Shown here in pieces: positions 1 through 13,897 of a stretch of DNA of 64,000 nucleotides (the first letter of the stretch is position 1; each line of letters starts with the position of its first letter). The translations under genes and the position numbers were made by a program. The notes under the pieces are model-generated. The model saw nothing but the letters and a program-made list of their open reading frames with translations, searched no databases and was not told the DNA's origin. This stretch comes from Squalus acanthias. Its lineage: Eukaryota. Location of the stretch: assembly GCA_030390025.1 (NCBI GenBank), contig CM059432.1, positions 98,582,001 through 98,646,000 of the forward strand, written 5' to 3'.

Positions 1-1615
1 GCACTTTTCTAATGTAATACTGTAAGACGTTCTGATTGTCTGAGAGTTTATAGAGTTCAGACCCGTGGAACAGACAACACAAAACCCAATGAATCTGTGA
101 AACTTCTTTTGCTTAAAAATCAACAAGAGGTTACAAGTAATTACCAAATTACAAACTGTACTCAATTCATGTACTTATTACAAGCAAGCATCTAAATTAA
201 TTTACTTCAAGCTCAGGTGATTATAAGGAAAACCACATACATACTATTCACCAGATGAGAGGTCAATTCAACAATGATAGACATATGACTAACTTTAACT
301 GACAACTGACCAAATCACCATTGACTGTAGCCCTGAATGTCAGTGTCCAATAACACTTATAACCCAAAACATGGCAACTGGCCCACAGCATTCATGTCCC
401 AAACTGCGTGGATAATGTTGTTTGCTCTCTCTCTCTCTCTCGCGCCCTATCTGTTTTGATGTTAGTTAACCAAGGCCAGACATCCAAGGATTGGAGAGAG
501 TCGTTGTTTTTCACATCTGCAGGTGTTGACTCAAAGTTCTCACAGAATTTTCAAGAGCTTATCTTTTGAAGGAAAAGTACCAACACATCATGTTTTTGCC
601 TCATAGCTTGTCGGTACATTTGGTCACTTTTAGATTCAGTCAAATTTCCCATGACAGTGTTACAATACTCTGATGTGTTCATCAATTAAGAACAAACTGA
701 CAAAAACAGCTTTACTTTTAATTTCTGTAAAACAAAAATTAAACAAAGCAATCAAAACAAAAGTATCAAAAGCTTTTCCCATTTAAGAGGAGAAAGGGTT
801 TGTTTATTCTTATTATCAACCATTTTGAACTGTCAGTGAAAAAGAGGACTGAAAAGAAAATCAATATAAACAGATTAAGAGACAAATGAATACACACTCC
901 AACAGTTTCGATCACACTACACTTCAGCTTAGGCAGCAAAAGCTTTATGTAAAGCTCTATTTAATAGGAATTAAAATTCCCACCTTACTCGTAGAAGTAA
1001 GGATATCCATCTGTTTGTTGCGCAAAATGCCAATATATGCAGCAAAAAAAAACATTTTCTTTTACACATGAGATAGGAACTTCTCCTAATTGCTTCTAGA
1101 ATAGCACTTAAGAAACTTCCTCTCACATGTATGGGGCTTTACTGGATCCGGCTAAACTGCTGAAGCACAGCAACACATAAAGCTTCAGTACCCCGTAATG
1201 CTTTTAATAATAGTGTATTAATGAAGCACTTCAGACACAAACAAAAGTGTTAGCAAAAAAACAATGCTATGTGCCTTGTAAAATAAAAGATGGCTGAGAA
1301 TATGTTAGATATTAGAAGTGCTACATTGGAGAAAATAAGCAATTAAGTGGTTCAGGGTCACATGATTCGTCAATTCCACACCGCAAGTGGTTTATTTTCT
1401 GTAATGCAGAAAATAGATTTATTTTGTTTATGCCACTTTTTTGGGTAGTTTTGTTTTCTTATAGGTAAAGTGAGCAGACTGCCAGAGGCCGGTGACTTTG
1501 GAAGTTCAACCCGTGATTCTGGGTTCTGTGGTGAAATGAAAAGAAGCACCGTGAAAAAGTAGGAAGGGTTAAACCGGAAGTAATATTTAGGTGCACATAT
1601 TCGAGGAACAATCTA

Positions 1616-4521
1616 GGGAACTGTAGCATAGTGGTTATATTACTGGACTAGTAACCCAGAAGCCTGGACTAATGTATTCGGAGACGTGAGTTCAAATCTC
1701 ACCACGGCAGCTGTGGAATTTAAATTCAGTTAATTAAATAAATCTGGAATAAAAAGCTAGTATCAGTAATGGTGACCATGAAACCATGGATTGTCAAAAA
1801 ACCCATCTGATTAACTAATGTCCTTTGGGAAGGAAATCTGGCCTATATGTGACCCTGGACCCACAGCAATGTGGTTGACTCTTAACTGCCCTCTGAAATG
1901 GCCTAGCAAGCCATTCAGTTGTAATAAGAAACAATAATAAGAATGAGACCGGACGGACCACCCGGCATTGACCTCTGCACCGGCTTCGGACACGAAAATG
2001 GCACACCCAGCCCAGCCAACCCTATAAAGTCCTCCTCACTAACATCTGGGGACTTGTGCCAAAATTAGGAGAGCTGTCCCACAGACTAGTCAAGCAACAG
2101 CCTGACATAGTCATACTCACAGAATCATAACTTTCAGTCAATGTCCAAGTCACCTCCATCACCAGGACAGACCCACCAGAGGTGGCGGCACAGTGGTATA
2201 CAGTCGTGAAGGAGTGGCCCTGGGAGTTCTCAACATTGACTCCGGACCACATGAAGTCGCATGGTTTCAGGTCAAGCATGGGCAAGGAAACCTCCTGCTG
2301 ATTACCACCTACCGCCATCCCTCAGCTGATGAATCAGTACTCCTCCATGTTGAAAACCACTTGGAAGAAACACTGAGGGTAACAAGGGCACAGAATGTAT
2401 TCTGGGTGGAGGACTTCAATATCCAACATCAAGAGTGGCTCGATAGCACCACTACTGACCGAGCTGGCCGAGTCCTGAAGGACATAGCTGCCAGACTGGG
2501 CCTGCAGCAGGTGGTGAGAGAACCAACACAAGGGAAAAACCTTCTTGACCTTGTCCTCACCAATCTACCTGTCCATGACAGTATTGGTAGCAGAAACCAC
2601 CACATAGTCCTTGTGGAGACGAAATCCCGTCTTCACACTGAGGACACCCTCCATCGTGTTGTGTGGCACTACCACTGTGCTAAATGGGATAGATTCAGAA
2701 AAGATCTAGCAGCTCAAAGCTGTGCATCCACGAGGCGCTGTGGGCCATCAGCAGCAACAGAATTGTATTCCACCACAATCTGTAACCTCATGGCTCGGCA
2801 TATCCCTCACTCTACAATTAACATCAAGCCAGGGGACCAACCCTGGTTCAATAAGGAGTGCAGAAGAGCATGCCAGGAGCAGCACCGGGCATACCTAAAA
2901 ATGAGGTGCCAACCTGGGGAAGCTGCAAAACAAGACTACATGCATGCTAAACAATGGAAGCAGCATGCTATAGACAGAGGTAAGTGATCCCACATCCAAC
3001 AGATCAGATCAAAGCTCTGCAGTCCTGCCACATCCAGTCGTGAATGGTGGTGGACAATTAAACAACTAATGGGAGGAGGAGGCGCCATGAATATCCCCAT
3101 CCAAAATAAGGGTGGAGCGTAGCACGCAAGTGCAAAAGACAAGGCTGAAGCATGTGCAACAATCTTCAGCCAGAAGTGTCAAGTGGATTATCCATCTTGG
3201 CCTCCTCCTGAGATCCCCACCATCACAGAAGCCAGTCTTCAGCCAATTCAATTCACTCCACGTGATATCAAGATATGCTCAGTTTGGGTTCCGCCAGGAC
3301 CACTTGGGTCCAGACCTCATTATAGCCTTGGTCCAAACATGGACAAAAGAGCTGAATTCCAGAGGTGAGGTGAGAGTGACTGCCTTTGACATCAAGGTAG
3401 CTTTTGACTGAGTGTGGCATCAAGGTGCCCTAATAAAATTGAAGTCAATGGGAATCAGGGGAAAGACTCTTCACTGACTGGAGTCATACCGAGCACAAAG
3501 GAAGATGGTTGTGGTTGTTGGAGGCCAATCATCTCAGCCCCAGGACATCGCTGCAGGAGTTCCTTAGGGCAGTGTCCTAGGCCCAACCATCTTCAGCTGC
3601 TTCATCAATGACCTTCCCTCTATCATAAGGTCAGAAGTGGGGATGTTCGTTGATGATTGCACAGTGTTCAGTTCCATTTGCAACTCTTCAGATAATGAAG
3701 CAGTCCATGCCTATGTGCAGCAAGACCTAGACAACATTCAGGCTCGGACGGATTAAGTGGCAAGTAACATTCGCGCCACAGAAATGCCAGGCAATGACTA
3801 TCTCCAACAAGAGAGTGTCTAACCACTGCTCCTTGACATTCAACGGCATTACCATCGCCGAATCCCCCACCATCAACATCCTGGGGGTCACCATTGACCA
3901 GAAACTTAACTGGACCAGCCACATAAATACTGTGGCTACAGGAGCAGGTCAGAGGCTGGGTATTCTGCAGCGAGTGACTCACCTCCTGAGTCCCCAAAGC
4001 CTTTGCACTATGAACAAGGCACAAGTCAGGAGTGTGATGGAATACTCTCCACTTGCCTGGATGAGTGCAGCTCCAACAACACTCAAGAAGATCGACACCA
4101 TCCAGGACAAAGTAGCCAAATAGTACAAGAATTGGACATATTTCTTCTAATTGTCAGAAAAACATCCCATTAAACATTCACTCCCTCCACCACCGGCGCA
4201 CCATGGCTACAGTGTGTACCATCTACAAGATGCACTGCAGCAACTCGCCAAGGTTTCTTCGACAGTACCTCCCAAACCCACAACCTCTACCACCTAGACG
4301 GACAAGGGCTGCAGGTGCATGGGAACACCACCACCTCCAAGTTCCCCTCCAAGTCACATACCATCCTGGAACTCCCTCCCTAACAGCAATATGGGAGTAC
4401 CTTCACCACGCAGGCTGCAGCGGTTCAAGAAGGCGGCTCACCTTCTCAAGGGCAATTCGGGATGGGCAATAAATGCTGGCCCTTGCCAGCGATGCCCACA
4501 TCCCAGGAACGAATGAAAAAA
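1616..4521 (+). mobile_element. tRNA-headed single-ORF CR1/Zenon-like LINE, degenerate near full-length copy 1
   Basis: A box TAGCATAGTGG (1624-1634) and B box GTTCAAATC (1690-1698). APE endonuclease (PDIVILTES, ORF 2193-2987) and RT remnants (QFGFRQ, DIKVAFD, MFVDDC, KAQVRSVMEYS). 3' tail ends in an A-run. Stops, frameshifts and a deletion of the RT N-terminus near 3271 relative to copy 2. Confidence 0.9.
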
Positions 4522-6069
4522 CTACAGAGAACAGTTGTGTGGGGGGTTGTGGAGGGAAGTGAAGAAATGCTAACAAGAAGCAAAAGGGGCATGTCTAGCT
4601 GTATAACAAAAGTCTCATGAGTGGCATTAACCTAAACCAATGATGTGGCATGCAAGACCCTTAACTGTAGGCGTTTACATTTTTTTTTTGTTTATCATCC
4701 TTTGGGATGTGGAAATTGCTCCAAGGCTGCCTTCTATTGCTTGATTTTAACTCAGTCTGCAGCCTTCTCCTCAGCCTACACTGGGAACCAGGTACCCACC
4801 CCCCATACCTCTGGTACCCCCGTGCTGAATGCTTCCACAAGTTACATTTTATCAACTCAGTTTTTACATTACACCACCCCCCCCCCCCCCCCCCCCGCCC
4901 CGCTCCTTCCCTCCACCCCACCATGTGGAGCTCTCTGTTCTGGTGCCTGGGAGAAAGGAAGCTACTTTCACAGGTGACAAATTGGAGAGTGAGGGGTGGG
5001 GGGTAGGGTGGGGGGAGTGGGGGTGCCTGGAGATGGGATGGAATCAGTATGTTGGCTCTGTAGCCTGTCCTGTTCTCCTCTCCAGAAATGTCACTTCCTG
5101 CTCATTGTTCAGGATGGGCTCTGGTTCATCTACTCTTGTTCCTCAGAGTCTTCTTCTTCCACTGGAGACTGTGATGCATGTACAAGGAAGGACAGTGAGA
5201 AGAAGATAACATGACCCTCTTGGATAAAGGAGAGATGGAAAAGGATGTTGTTAGAATGCTTTAAGATGATTTATTTAGTCAAACTATTCACGTATCTTTT
5301 TGTTTGTATCATTATAGCAATACGGGAAAAAGAGAAATCTTAATCTTGTCTCTATTATGAGACAGCACATACCACAGTAGGAGATAAGCTACGCATTTAC
5401 TGTACTATAAAGAAAGCTTGTAGCACAGAGGCAAAGGCTGAAAGATATAAGCTGGGTAAACACCTAAAAATGTGGGATCTGTGCTTTTATGTTGTGGGCA
5501 GATGTAGCTCAAGGTAGCCAAATAGTACAAGAATTGGACATATTTCTTCTATTTGTCAGAAAAACATCTCATGGGCAGGTGGAAGTACACAGTTACGCAG
5601 GCAGCCTAGAGGGATCACTTCAGGTCTGGAAACCAGGTTGTATTATTTGCATGTCATTTTTGTAATTTAATATAACACTGTAGAACAGTTATATATAATT
5701 TAATACTGTTATTAGTTAATAAATAATGCTTGCTTTTAGAAAAAACACTCATGCATGAATCATAAGCACAATTGTTGTTGCGGGACTAACAACCTTTGTT
5801 GTGACGGTAACCAGTAAGAAATCTGCTAACAGATGTGGATGGTTGAGTGTGCACAGTTATGCTATGGGCTGTCAGAACGAGATTGTAGGTGTTGAGGTAT
5901 TGGCAATATTCCGCCAATCTTGGCTTCAGCTACAATGGGGCTGTGCATGCCCAAGATTTCCATGGCCATCCCCTCTTGGGGGACCAGGAGTCTGCAGCTG
6001 GAAATGCCCCACTGATGGTGAGGCGCTACTGAGCATTATACGTCGACATCTTCTGCAACAAGATAAGGT

Positions 6070-6610
6070 AGCCTTGACTTGACTATTCCAATGCTTTCCT
6101 GGCGGGCCTCCTACCTTCCACCCTCATCCAAAACATTGCTGCCTGTATCCTAACTCACACCCAAGTTGCGTTCACCCATCACCACTGTGTTCGCTGACCT
6201 ACATTAGCTCCCGGTCCGGCAACGCCACAATTTTAAAATTCTCATTCTTGTTTTCAAATCCCTCCATGGCCTCACCCCTTCCTATCTCTGTAACCTCCTC
6301 CAGCCCTACAACCCTCCAAGATCTCTGCGCTCCTCCAATTCTGGCCTTTTGCGCATCCCTTATTTTAATCATTCCACCATTGAGAGCCGTGTTTTCAGCT
6401 GCCTAGGCCCTATGCTCTGGAATTTCCTCTCTAAACCTCTCCCTCTCTCTCCCTCTCTCTCCTCTTTTAAGACATTTCATAAAACGTGCCTCTCTGTCCT
6501 AATATCTCCCGTGTGGCTCAGTGTCAAATTTTATTTGATAACACTGCTGTGAAGCGCCTTGGGACATTTTACTACGTTAAAGGTTCTATATAAGTGCAAG
6601 TTGTTCTTGT
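6070..6610 (+). mobile_element. L2-clade LINE 3' fragment
   Basis: Broken translation DYSNAFLAGL..LIQNIAACIL..ADLH*LPV..FKILILVFKSLHGL; typical L2 tail tgtgaagcgccttgggac...tatataagtgcaagttgtt. Confidence 0.75.
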
Positions 6611-7089
6611 AAGGTGGGCTCGCAGTTAAGGATTGCATGGCAAAAATAATGAGGGAGGTGAGGTGAGAGAGAAGTGGGTTGGAGTATGTTTGAGTGGAGG
6701 AAGGTGATTTTTGGTATGCAAAGTCATTGCTGTTTATTAGTGGAGGTGTGTAGCTAAAGTGTGGGATGGGGAATTGTAGGTATCGGCTGATATTATAAAA
6801 GTCAAAATTAAATAATTGCAAAACATCAATGCAACAGATATCATTAGATTACTGCATTTAACTTATAGCTCCTCAGTCTACAAATAACAAAAGCTGTGAC
6901 GTTTCATTCACTCTCCAAATAATCCTGAACTTGAATTAGCATTCAGAACACAAATCTTAGACTTGATGGTGAAACTATCTTGCAGTGTTTGCTTCTGAAT
7001 TAATAGAAGGATAACTGGTCGAAAGCTGCAAATATATTTTGGTGTCTGAGCGTGGATCCGCCAATCAATCTCTACCACAGATATATATA

Positions 7090-7391
7090 TTTTTATTTAT
7101 TCATTTATGGGATGTGGGTGTCACTGGCAAGGCCAGCATTTATTGCCCATCCCTAATTGCCCTTGCGAAGGTGGTGGTCAGCCACCTTCTTGAATCGCTG
7201 CAGTCCGTTTGGTGTGTTGTAGCGGTTTGGTAGAACTGGCTGCTAGGTTATTTCAGAGGGCAGTTAAGAGTCAACCACATTGCTGTGGGTCTGGAGTCAC
7301 ATATAGGCCAGACCAGGTAAGGACAGCAGATTTCCTTCCTTAAAGGACATGAGTGAACCAGATGGGTTTTTACAGTAGTTACATGGTCACC
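7090..7391 (-). mobile_element. SINE-like bipartite derivative (5' UTR joined to 3' tail) of the tRNA-headed LINE
   Basis: Reverse complement matches LINE 5' UTR (about 1770-1920) fused directly to the LINE 3' tail (about 4400-4520). Confidence 0.8.
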
Positions 7392-8399
7392 CCATATATA
7401 CTGTGGGAAATCACTCACCATGCAAACTGGGTTACTTGAGTTCAGTTCTCATAGGTATTTTCCGCTCATCAGTCAATAAAGTGTAAAGATAGTATAAAGT
7501 CTTACGATAATAAATGGGACAGATTTCTCGTGAAAATGAATTTTTGTTACTGGCAAGTTTCACTATTTGAATTTTTCTAAATAAGTTTACTTCCTTTAGT
7601 ATTGCCACAGATTATACCTTATCACTGTCATTACATCCACAATTTTGTTGTCTAGATTCATAGTAAAGTATAGTAAGGGTTGAGGAGCTACAACCTTATG
7701 ATATTATGTTGGTTGATGTTAGTTGGAAAATAAAATTTTTAGTGATCAAAATCAAAGACCCTTCCAGCATACTCCTGCTTTAACTACGACGGGAGTGGAC
7801 CAGAAGGGCCACAAATTAGGCCAGTTGCCCTGGATTGCAGCCTCAGGCAGGGGTTGGATAGGGCCTTGTAAGAGGTGGGGTGTCTCCCTACCTGCCTGCC
7901 TCTTAAATGACCAGCGGTGTAGAAGGAATGGAGCCAAGGTTAAGGACACAGAGTTCTCATGTCCCTGGCCTCACAGGGACCTAGAGAATCCTTGGCAGCC
8001 AGTATGCACAATGAAAGCACACATATCAGCCACTTTCCTGCTAGAAGTGGGGCCTACATATGCAGTCTAGGCCTGGGGTATGGCCTGGAATCCTGAAGAC
8101 TCATCATTTTTTTTCCCCTTTTTAATATTGACCCTTTTACAAATGGGGCTGAGGGGCCAGAAAATCATATTTCTGCCGGGCGAAGGTGGGGTGGTATCCT
8201 GCTCAATGATCCATCTCAGGGATACTTCATCACAGTTTGTACTATATAAGAATTCATGCGCTTGCTTTGATTTGTCTCTTTAATTCTTGATAAATAGGCA
8301 TTTGTGGTGCTCTGGAGAGGAATATTTATGGAGAACTTTTTGTACTTTTTTCGCAATCAGATGCCCATCAAAACTCTGCATTTGAGTAATCAAGACATT

Positions 8400-9572
8400 A
8401 TGGGGTTATTTTGGTGAAAGGGTGAAAACTGGTGCTAAATGGATGCTGTGCTAATAAGACATGCCTGTTTGAAAGTCTGGATTTAGCACACAATTTTGGT
8501 CCTAATTGCTGATTACCATAATTTGAACTTGTCTGGAGGTGCTAAACCAGAGACACCTGCAGGTTTAGCACTCAAGCGCTGATTAGGTACAATTTTTGTG
8601 GAGCAGTATATGTGGGCTCCTCACACCCACCTCCATTGAAAGTGTGGAGTGTGCTGGCTGATACACAGAGGCAGGTTTCCAGATGGCTCAGGGACCAAGT
8701 GAGAGGCCGCACAGGTTCTCGGACATGGCAGTGGAGGTCCTGTTGGAGGAGGTCCAGAGAAGGAGGGATGTCTTGTACCTGCTGGGGGAGGAGTCCACCT
8801 TACCCTCCTCCTCCTCTTGTGGCTCCTAAGCTTGACCCTCTGGCGCAATTGCTATGGTAACGGCTGGTATCTCATGAGTACTTGATTGTGGAGCATGCAG
8901 CAAGTAACCACGAATCTAGAGCCCTCCTTGCCCTCCTGTCCTTCTCTCCTGCAGCAGCTAGTGCTGCTCTGCCTGGCCTCATGTCCTCCTCCCATTCCTC
9001 CTGCAGACCAAGAGGGACCCCTAGCAAGATGCCAATGACCAAACACTCCCTTTATCTTGATGACTACTATAAGATGTCCAGTAAGGTAGAATAGAACAGC
9101 ACTTAATCTTTTTAGGTGAAGTCCTCAGAGAATTTCCAAAATAAATGTGTTGGTGAAGTCTTGACAAAGTGTCCCAGAAAGTCACCCGATGTGTTTCAAA
9201 AGTCTTCTTCAAACCTCCAGCAGTAAGTGAACAGTAAAAGGTGATATACCTTTAAGTCGCACTAGAAATCCTCAGCAATGACTAAGTTTACTCCCAATTA
9301 GCTGGTGGCTGTTAGGAGAGGGCATTAGGTCAAGCGCTATCCACCAAAATGCTGTGCAGCCTCCTTAATGAGCGCTAGCAGGCAATGTAAGTGGCAATCA
9401 GCTACTTAATGATCCTCCGGGTGGCCGTTCCTAGTGCAAGATTCAACTCCTTTACCAAGATGGCATCTTGTGCTAAATGTGGGCTAAACCGGCATTTCAG
9501 CTTAAGACCCCATCTTGGCCACCTCAGAGGCTCTTTAATCCCTAAGGTATCCGGAAAAAATTGCACCCTATG
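8400..9572. mobile_element. Internally deleted, decayed PIF/Harbinger element
   Basis: Myb/SANT remnant RFSDMAVEVLLEEVQRRRDVLY on + (about 8713-8778); transposase C-terminal remnant FVVTCCMLHN on - (about 8885-8915). Boundaries approximate. Confidence 0.6.
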
Positions 9573-9929
9573 TATTGATACAGTGAAACACTTAGATTGA
9601 AATCTTGTTTCATGTGACAAAATGCATTGGCTCAGAGGTATTTAACATTTCACGAATTAGAGCTTTACTCATTGGCAGCTGATGAAATAGTAAAAGCAGT
9701 TGCCTGCAATTCTCAAATTGACTGTGTGCTAATTAATTAAATTCAAATATATTGCATTGTTTCCTGCTTTAGTCTATATAGAGTATCTGAATTTCACTGC
9801 ATACTTTTTATAAAAATAAAGTTTGCAATTCTGAGACTGTTTCCCATAATGGAACTGGAACATATTTGTTTAAAAAGATTATTTAACATTATCGGCAATG
9901 ATTAAGCATCTCATAACCTGAGGCTTTGG

Positions 9930-10921
9930 TTTTCATTAAGTGGCAGCCTTTTCTATTTGCGAATGTTGCTGGCTGGTGTTGTAGTGCCCTGAAGGCAACA
10001 TGTGTGCAGTCAATGATGCTCTGCACGAGGGGGTAGCCAGCCATTGCTGCAAATCCCTCAGATCTCTCCTGCTGACTGTTGAGGTCAATGGGGAAGGCCC
10101 TGGCAAACAGCGTGTCGGTGACCTGCACGGTGCAGCTGTGTACTGCAGACTGGGAGATGCCCCCTGGAGCAGACTGAAAGGAGCCAGTAGCAAAAGTTAA
10201 GGGCTGTAGTGACTTTGACAGCCACTGGCAAAGCAGTCCCCCAGGTCCAGCAAGCAGCAGGTCATTTTACTGATGTCTAAGACAGCCTGCCTGGAGAAAC
10301 GCAGACTCCTGAGGCACTGCTCTTCAGTTAGGTCCAAGAAAGTGACTCTTGGCCTGTACACCTTGTGTGTTGGGTGAGGCCTCCTTCAAGCAGCTGCTGT
10401 CTTCTGATAGGCCCAGCTGCAGCTGCTGCTGGTTGCTGATGGTGTTGAGGCCGCTGCTGCTACCGTGTTCCTCCATCCAGAAGAAACTAGCAACAATAGA
10501 TACCATGATAATCACAGTGCAACACAAAGTGTGAACAAAACGTCTGCAAGCAGGAAGCCCTCCTGGAAAATCAGACAGCAAAAAGATCCACTGATCAACT
10601 GAGCTGAAGCTATAGTGGCTCTCAATCAACAAGCCCGGCATCAGTTAGTGGCAGGTCAGGCTCTGGGTGGAACTTCCACGATTTTGACTAAAAATGTATC
10701 CAAGGTCCAGATGATGCCATCGCAGCATGACTTTTACATTTTAATGAGGCCCCACCTGCCCGCGGCACGCGCCTCTCCCGCAGCCAAAAACAGCACAGTT
10801 AAAATGGCAATGGACAGGAACGTGTCGGGAATGCAGTGGGAAGCTCCCGACCGCCATTTTAGCCACACGCCCTCCCGCCCCTCCCTGTTTCTGTCAGATG
10901 GGCAGGGTTAAAATCAGGCAT
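9930..10921 (-). mobile_element. Harbinger transposase pseudogene fragment with one element end
   Basis: IIDCTHVAFRA..ANRKG (HARBI1-like) in ORF 9889-10128; terminal aaaatcaggc motif at about 10911-10919, also seen at 19281-19291. Confidence 0.7.
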
Positions 10922-11195
10922 CTATTATCTGCACTTTCCCTGCAATTTCAGGTCCTAAATATTCAAATACACACTCCATTTGAGAGGTGGATGCACAAGC
11001 TATTCTCTTTAATGGTTAGTATTTTTGTTTGATCTTTTCATTTACACTCTTTTGTATGTGACTGAATCACATTTACTGTCTTGATTTGATTTTGGTTTCA
11101 AAAATATCTGTTTTCTAACTATATTTTCATCACAGTATTTTGAAATGTTATAATTCACACTACTAAGATACTAAAATAAGCTCAATTTAACACAA

Positions 11196-11975
11196 TGGGG
11201 GGAATTTTAACCCCAAAAAACAGGTGAGTTGGGTCGGGTGCAAGGTTCAAGTGTTAAAAATCTGAATCCCGACCAGAACGCACCTCCAACCAACCCACTT
11301 CCGGTTTTAATGGAAGCGGGACGGGGGGGCGGGCAGCCATCCCGCTCCCAGGAGGCGGATCGTCTATTTAAATATTATAATGAGGCTGTCATACCTCAGA
11401 TTTAACCATCATTACAAATTTAACTGTAGATGGTCGGGTTTTGCAATCCTTGTGAAACCCGTCAGCTAATAGAAGGTGAGGACTGCTGGATCCCGGAGGT
11501 AAGGCCTCCCCTGCCCATGCTCCTCTGGTCATCTGATGTCGTCTGCCTCCCCCCCCTCCCCCCACCCTCCTCCTGGTCCCCCGTGCCTCTTCTAGCCCTC
11601 CGATAATGCTCCTGACATCCCCATGCTCCTCTGGCACTATGATCTGCTCCAGACCACCCTCCCCCCGCTCCCACCACCACTCCTTCAACTCTCGGATCTG
11701 TTCCGGATTCCCTCCTCCAGCCCTCCAATCTGCTGCGGACCTCCCCCCTCCGGCCCTCCGATCTGCCGCTCTGGCCCCTAATGAGCACCCGAGCCCCTCC
11801 CATCCCCCACCGCCCCACGCTTCTGGTCCACCCCGTGCTCCTCCTGCCCCCCCAAACCACTCTCCGGCCCCCCACGCGATCCCTCCCTCCCTCGTCTGCG
11901 GCCTAGTGCCGCACGCCTACCCGCCCACAGCCAGCCAGCCTCTCAGTCTAGCTCGCTGCGGGTGGGAAACAGAGG
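11196..11975. mobile_element. Non-autonomous Harbinger-like end with C-rich low-complexity tract
   Basis: Begins ggggggaattttaac, similar to other Harbinger ends in the window; GC-rich subterminal region; repeated ctc(c)gatct units. No second end found. Confidence 0.4.
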
Positions 11976-12689
11976 TTTCCAGTGCAAATCAGAATGGTGG
12001 TCATTGTAACTAAAAACAAATTCGGTGCTGCATACTCCATGGACTAGATATAAGCAGTCATTGGCACCATGGCCTGACCATGAATTTGGCATCTTATGGC
12101 ATATCTGTTGTGGTATTAAATTAAATATATGACTTGTTCAGAGGACATCAAAAAATGTGTAATAATAAGTTATAGCAACAACTGCCCACAGATCCCTTCG
12201 GCATCTTGCCTAATCTTTCATCTTCATCAGCAATCTACCGATTCAATCAAATGTGTTCCTGTTCTCTTTGGTCATTAATATTTGCAGCTGAAGATAGTTG
12301 GGTACACTTATAGAGTGGTTCACTTTATAACTGAAAGAAGGAGAAATCAAGAATCTGCAGGCAGGTATAAATACATATGTATATTGGAAAAATGAAGTGA
12401 ATGCTGTGAAGGACATGTCAATAACTACAGTAAAGGAAAGTTACCGCATTGTTGTTCTTTCACTTCACTTCTAGATGAGTATCAAGATACCTTCAGTTGC
12501 GAATAATTGATTTTGACTTTGTAGTTATTTACCTTCAGTGGTTGGCCAAAGCAGAAAAGATGGTTGGAAAAGGTGCTAGAACTATAGGGTTTTTCAGGAT
12601 GCTTGGCACAAACTGTATCCATGAGTAAATCCAGTGATGTACAACACCTATAACTCTTAACAATGGCACCTCACAGCTCTTCAATCTTT

Positions 12690-12964
12690 ACCACCAAGGG
12701 CAAGAACAGCATGATCATGGGACTACCATCACCTCCAAGAACCCCTCCAAGTCAAGCACCATCCTGACTTGGACATATACCCATGTTCCTTCATTGTCAC
12801 TGGGTCAGTATCCTGGAATTCCCTGGCTAACACTATTTTGAGATCATCTTCAGCACATGGACTGCAAAGGTTCAAAGAGAAGGCCCACCCCCACCTTCTC
12901 TAACCTACTAGGGAAAGGCAATAAATGGAGCTTTGCCAGCATCGCCCACACCCTGAGCATAAAA
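12690..12964 (+). mobile_element. Diverged 3' tail fragment of the Zenon-like LINE
   Basis: Similar to 31500-31777 (catcctgacttgg, ggcaataaatg, gcccaca). Confidence 0.75.
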
Positions 12965-12977
12965 TAGAACTAGTGAA

Positions 12978-13897
12978 TGTAAGATTTCCAAAATTTGCAG
13001 ATCCTCAAAAATATATCGAAAGAAAAAAATAAGGACTTTGGAACTTTAAAGGAAACATGCCTGGACATGTACGGCGGTGGATTGTCTGGGAATCCAAAGC
13101 CCAGCAAACATTAACATTTGGATAATAGGCCCTGGGAAAAGACCGCCCCACCCAAAACACAGAGCCCATAGGAATGCTAGGCCCAGCAAGGAACCCAAAG
13201 CATGAGAACAATGCAAGCTTCCATGGAACAACAGCGCAACAGGATGTAAGCCATTTGATTTGGTTTAGCATAGTTGAGAGCCCATCAAAATTTAACAAGA
13301 CAATGAACAGGCCTCACCTGAAAACTCACTGCATTACGAAACCAGTTTTCGTGAGGAGTTTTGTGGGAGGGGGGTGTGGGGGGGCGAAAAAGGACTATAT
13401 CTGCAGCAGGACCCAAGAGCTCTTTCTCTTTTCGACTCACCGACTACGCTGGCACAACTCTCCCTCTCAGCACTGCCCAGAAGCCACATGGTAAAAGAAG
13501 ACGTTCGATGACCAGAATCACCATCGACTTACCTGGCTGGATTTTGTACTGTTAATACCCCTGTTTGGTGAGCATTATCCCTGATCTCCTGAAACCGAAA
13601 CCTAGCTAGAAGTGGGATTTTTGGGAGGGATAAAGGTTTTTTTTCTTGTATACTGTCATTTTTCCCTTGCCTGTAACCGTGTGTTCCCCAAACCTGTTTA
13701 AGTGTGAAGTGTGTTTAAGTTTGTTACCTTTTAATTTTAATAAAAGTTATAGTTCTTTTCATCGGAACCTGTTGTCTACTGCATCTTTATTCACAACCCC
13801 TAAATAAGTCCAAGTTTTGAACCTGGGGCGTGGGAGCGATTCGAACCACTCACTGAGTCAGGAGAAAGGCTGACTCCTACCACAACCACTCCCTACA
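12978..13897 (+). mobile_element. Solo LTR, 920 bp
   Basis: TGTA...TACA termini flanked by a GTGAA direct repeat (12973-12977, 13898-13902); AATAAA at 13739-13744; U5 motif GAGCGATTCGAACCACTC (13834-13851) shared with the ERV LTRs. Confidence 0.75.

Noticed and set aside
1616..1712. Functional tRNA gene
   Set aside because: A and B boxes are present, but I see no convincing cloverleaf and it is the head of a repeated retroelement
11389..12013. Pro-rich and Gly/Arg-rich ORFs (also 4645-5214)
   Set aside because: By-products of C/G-rich low-complexity sequence
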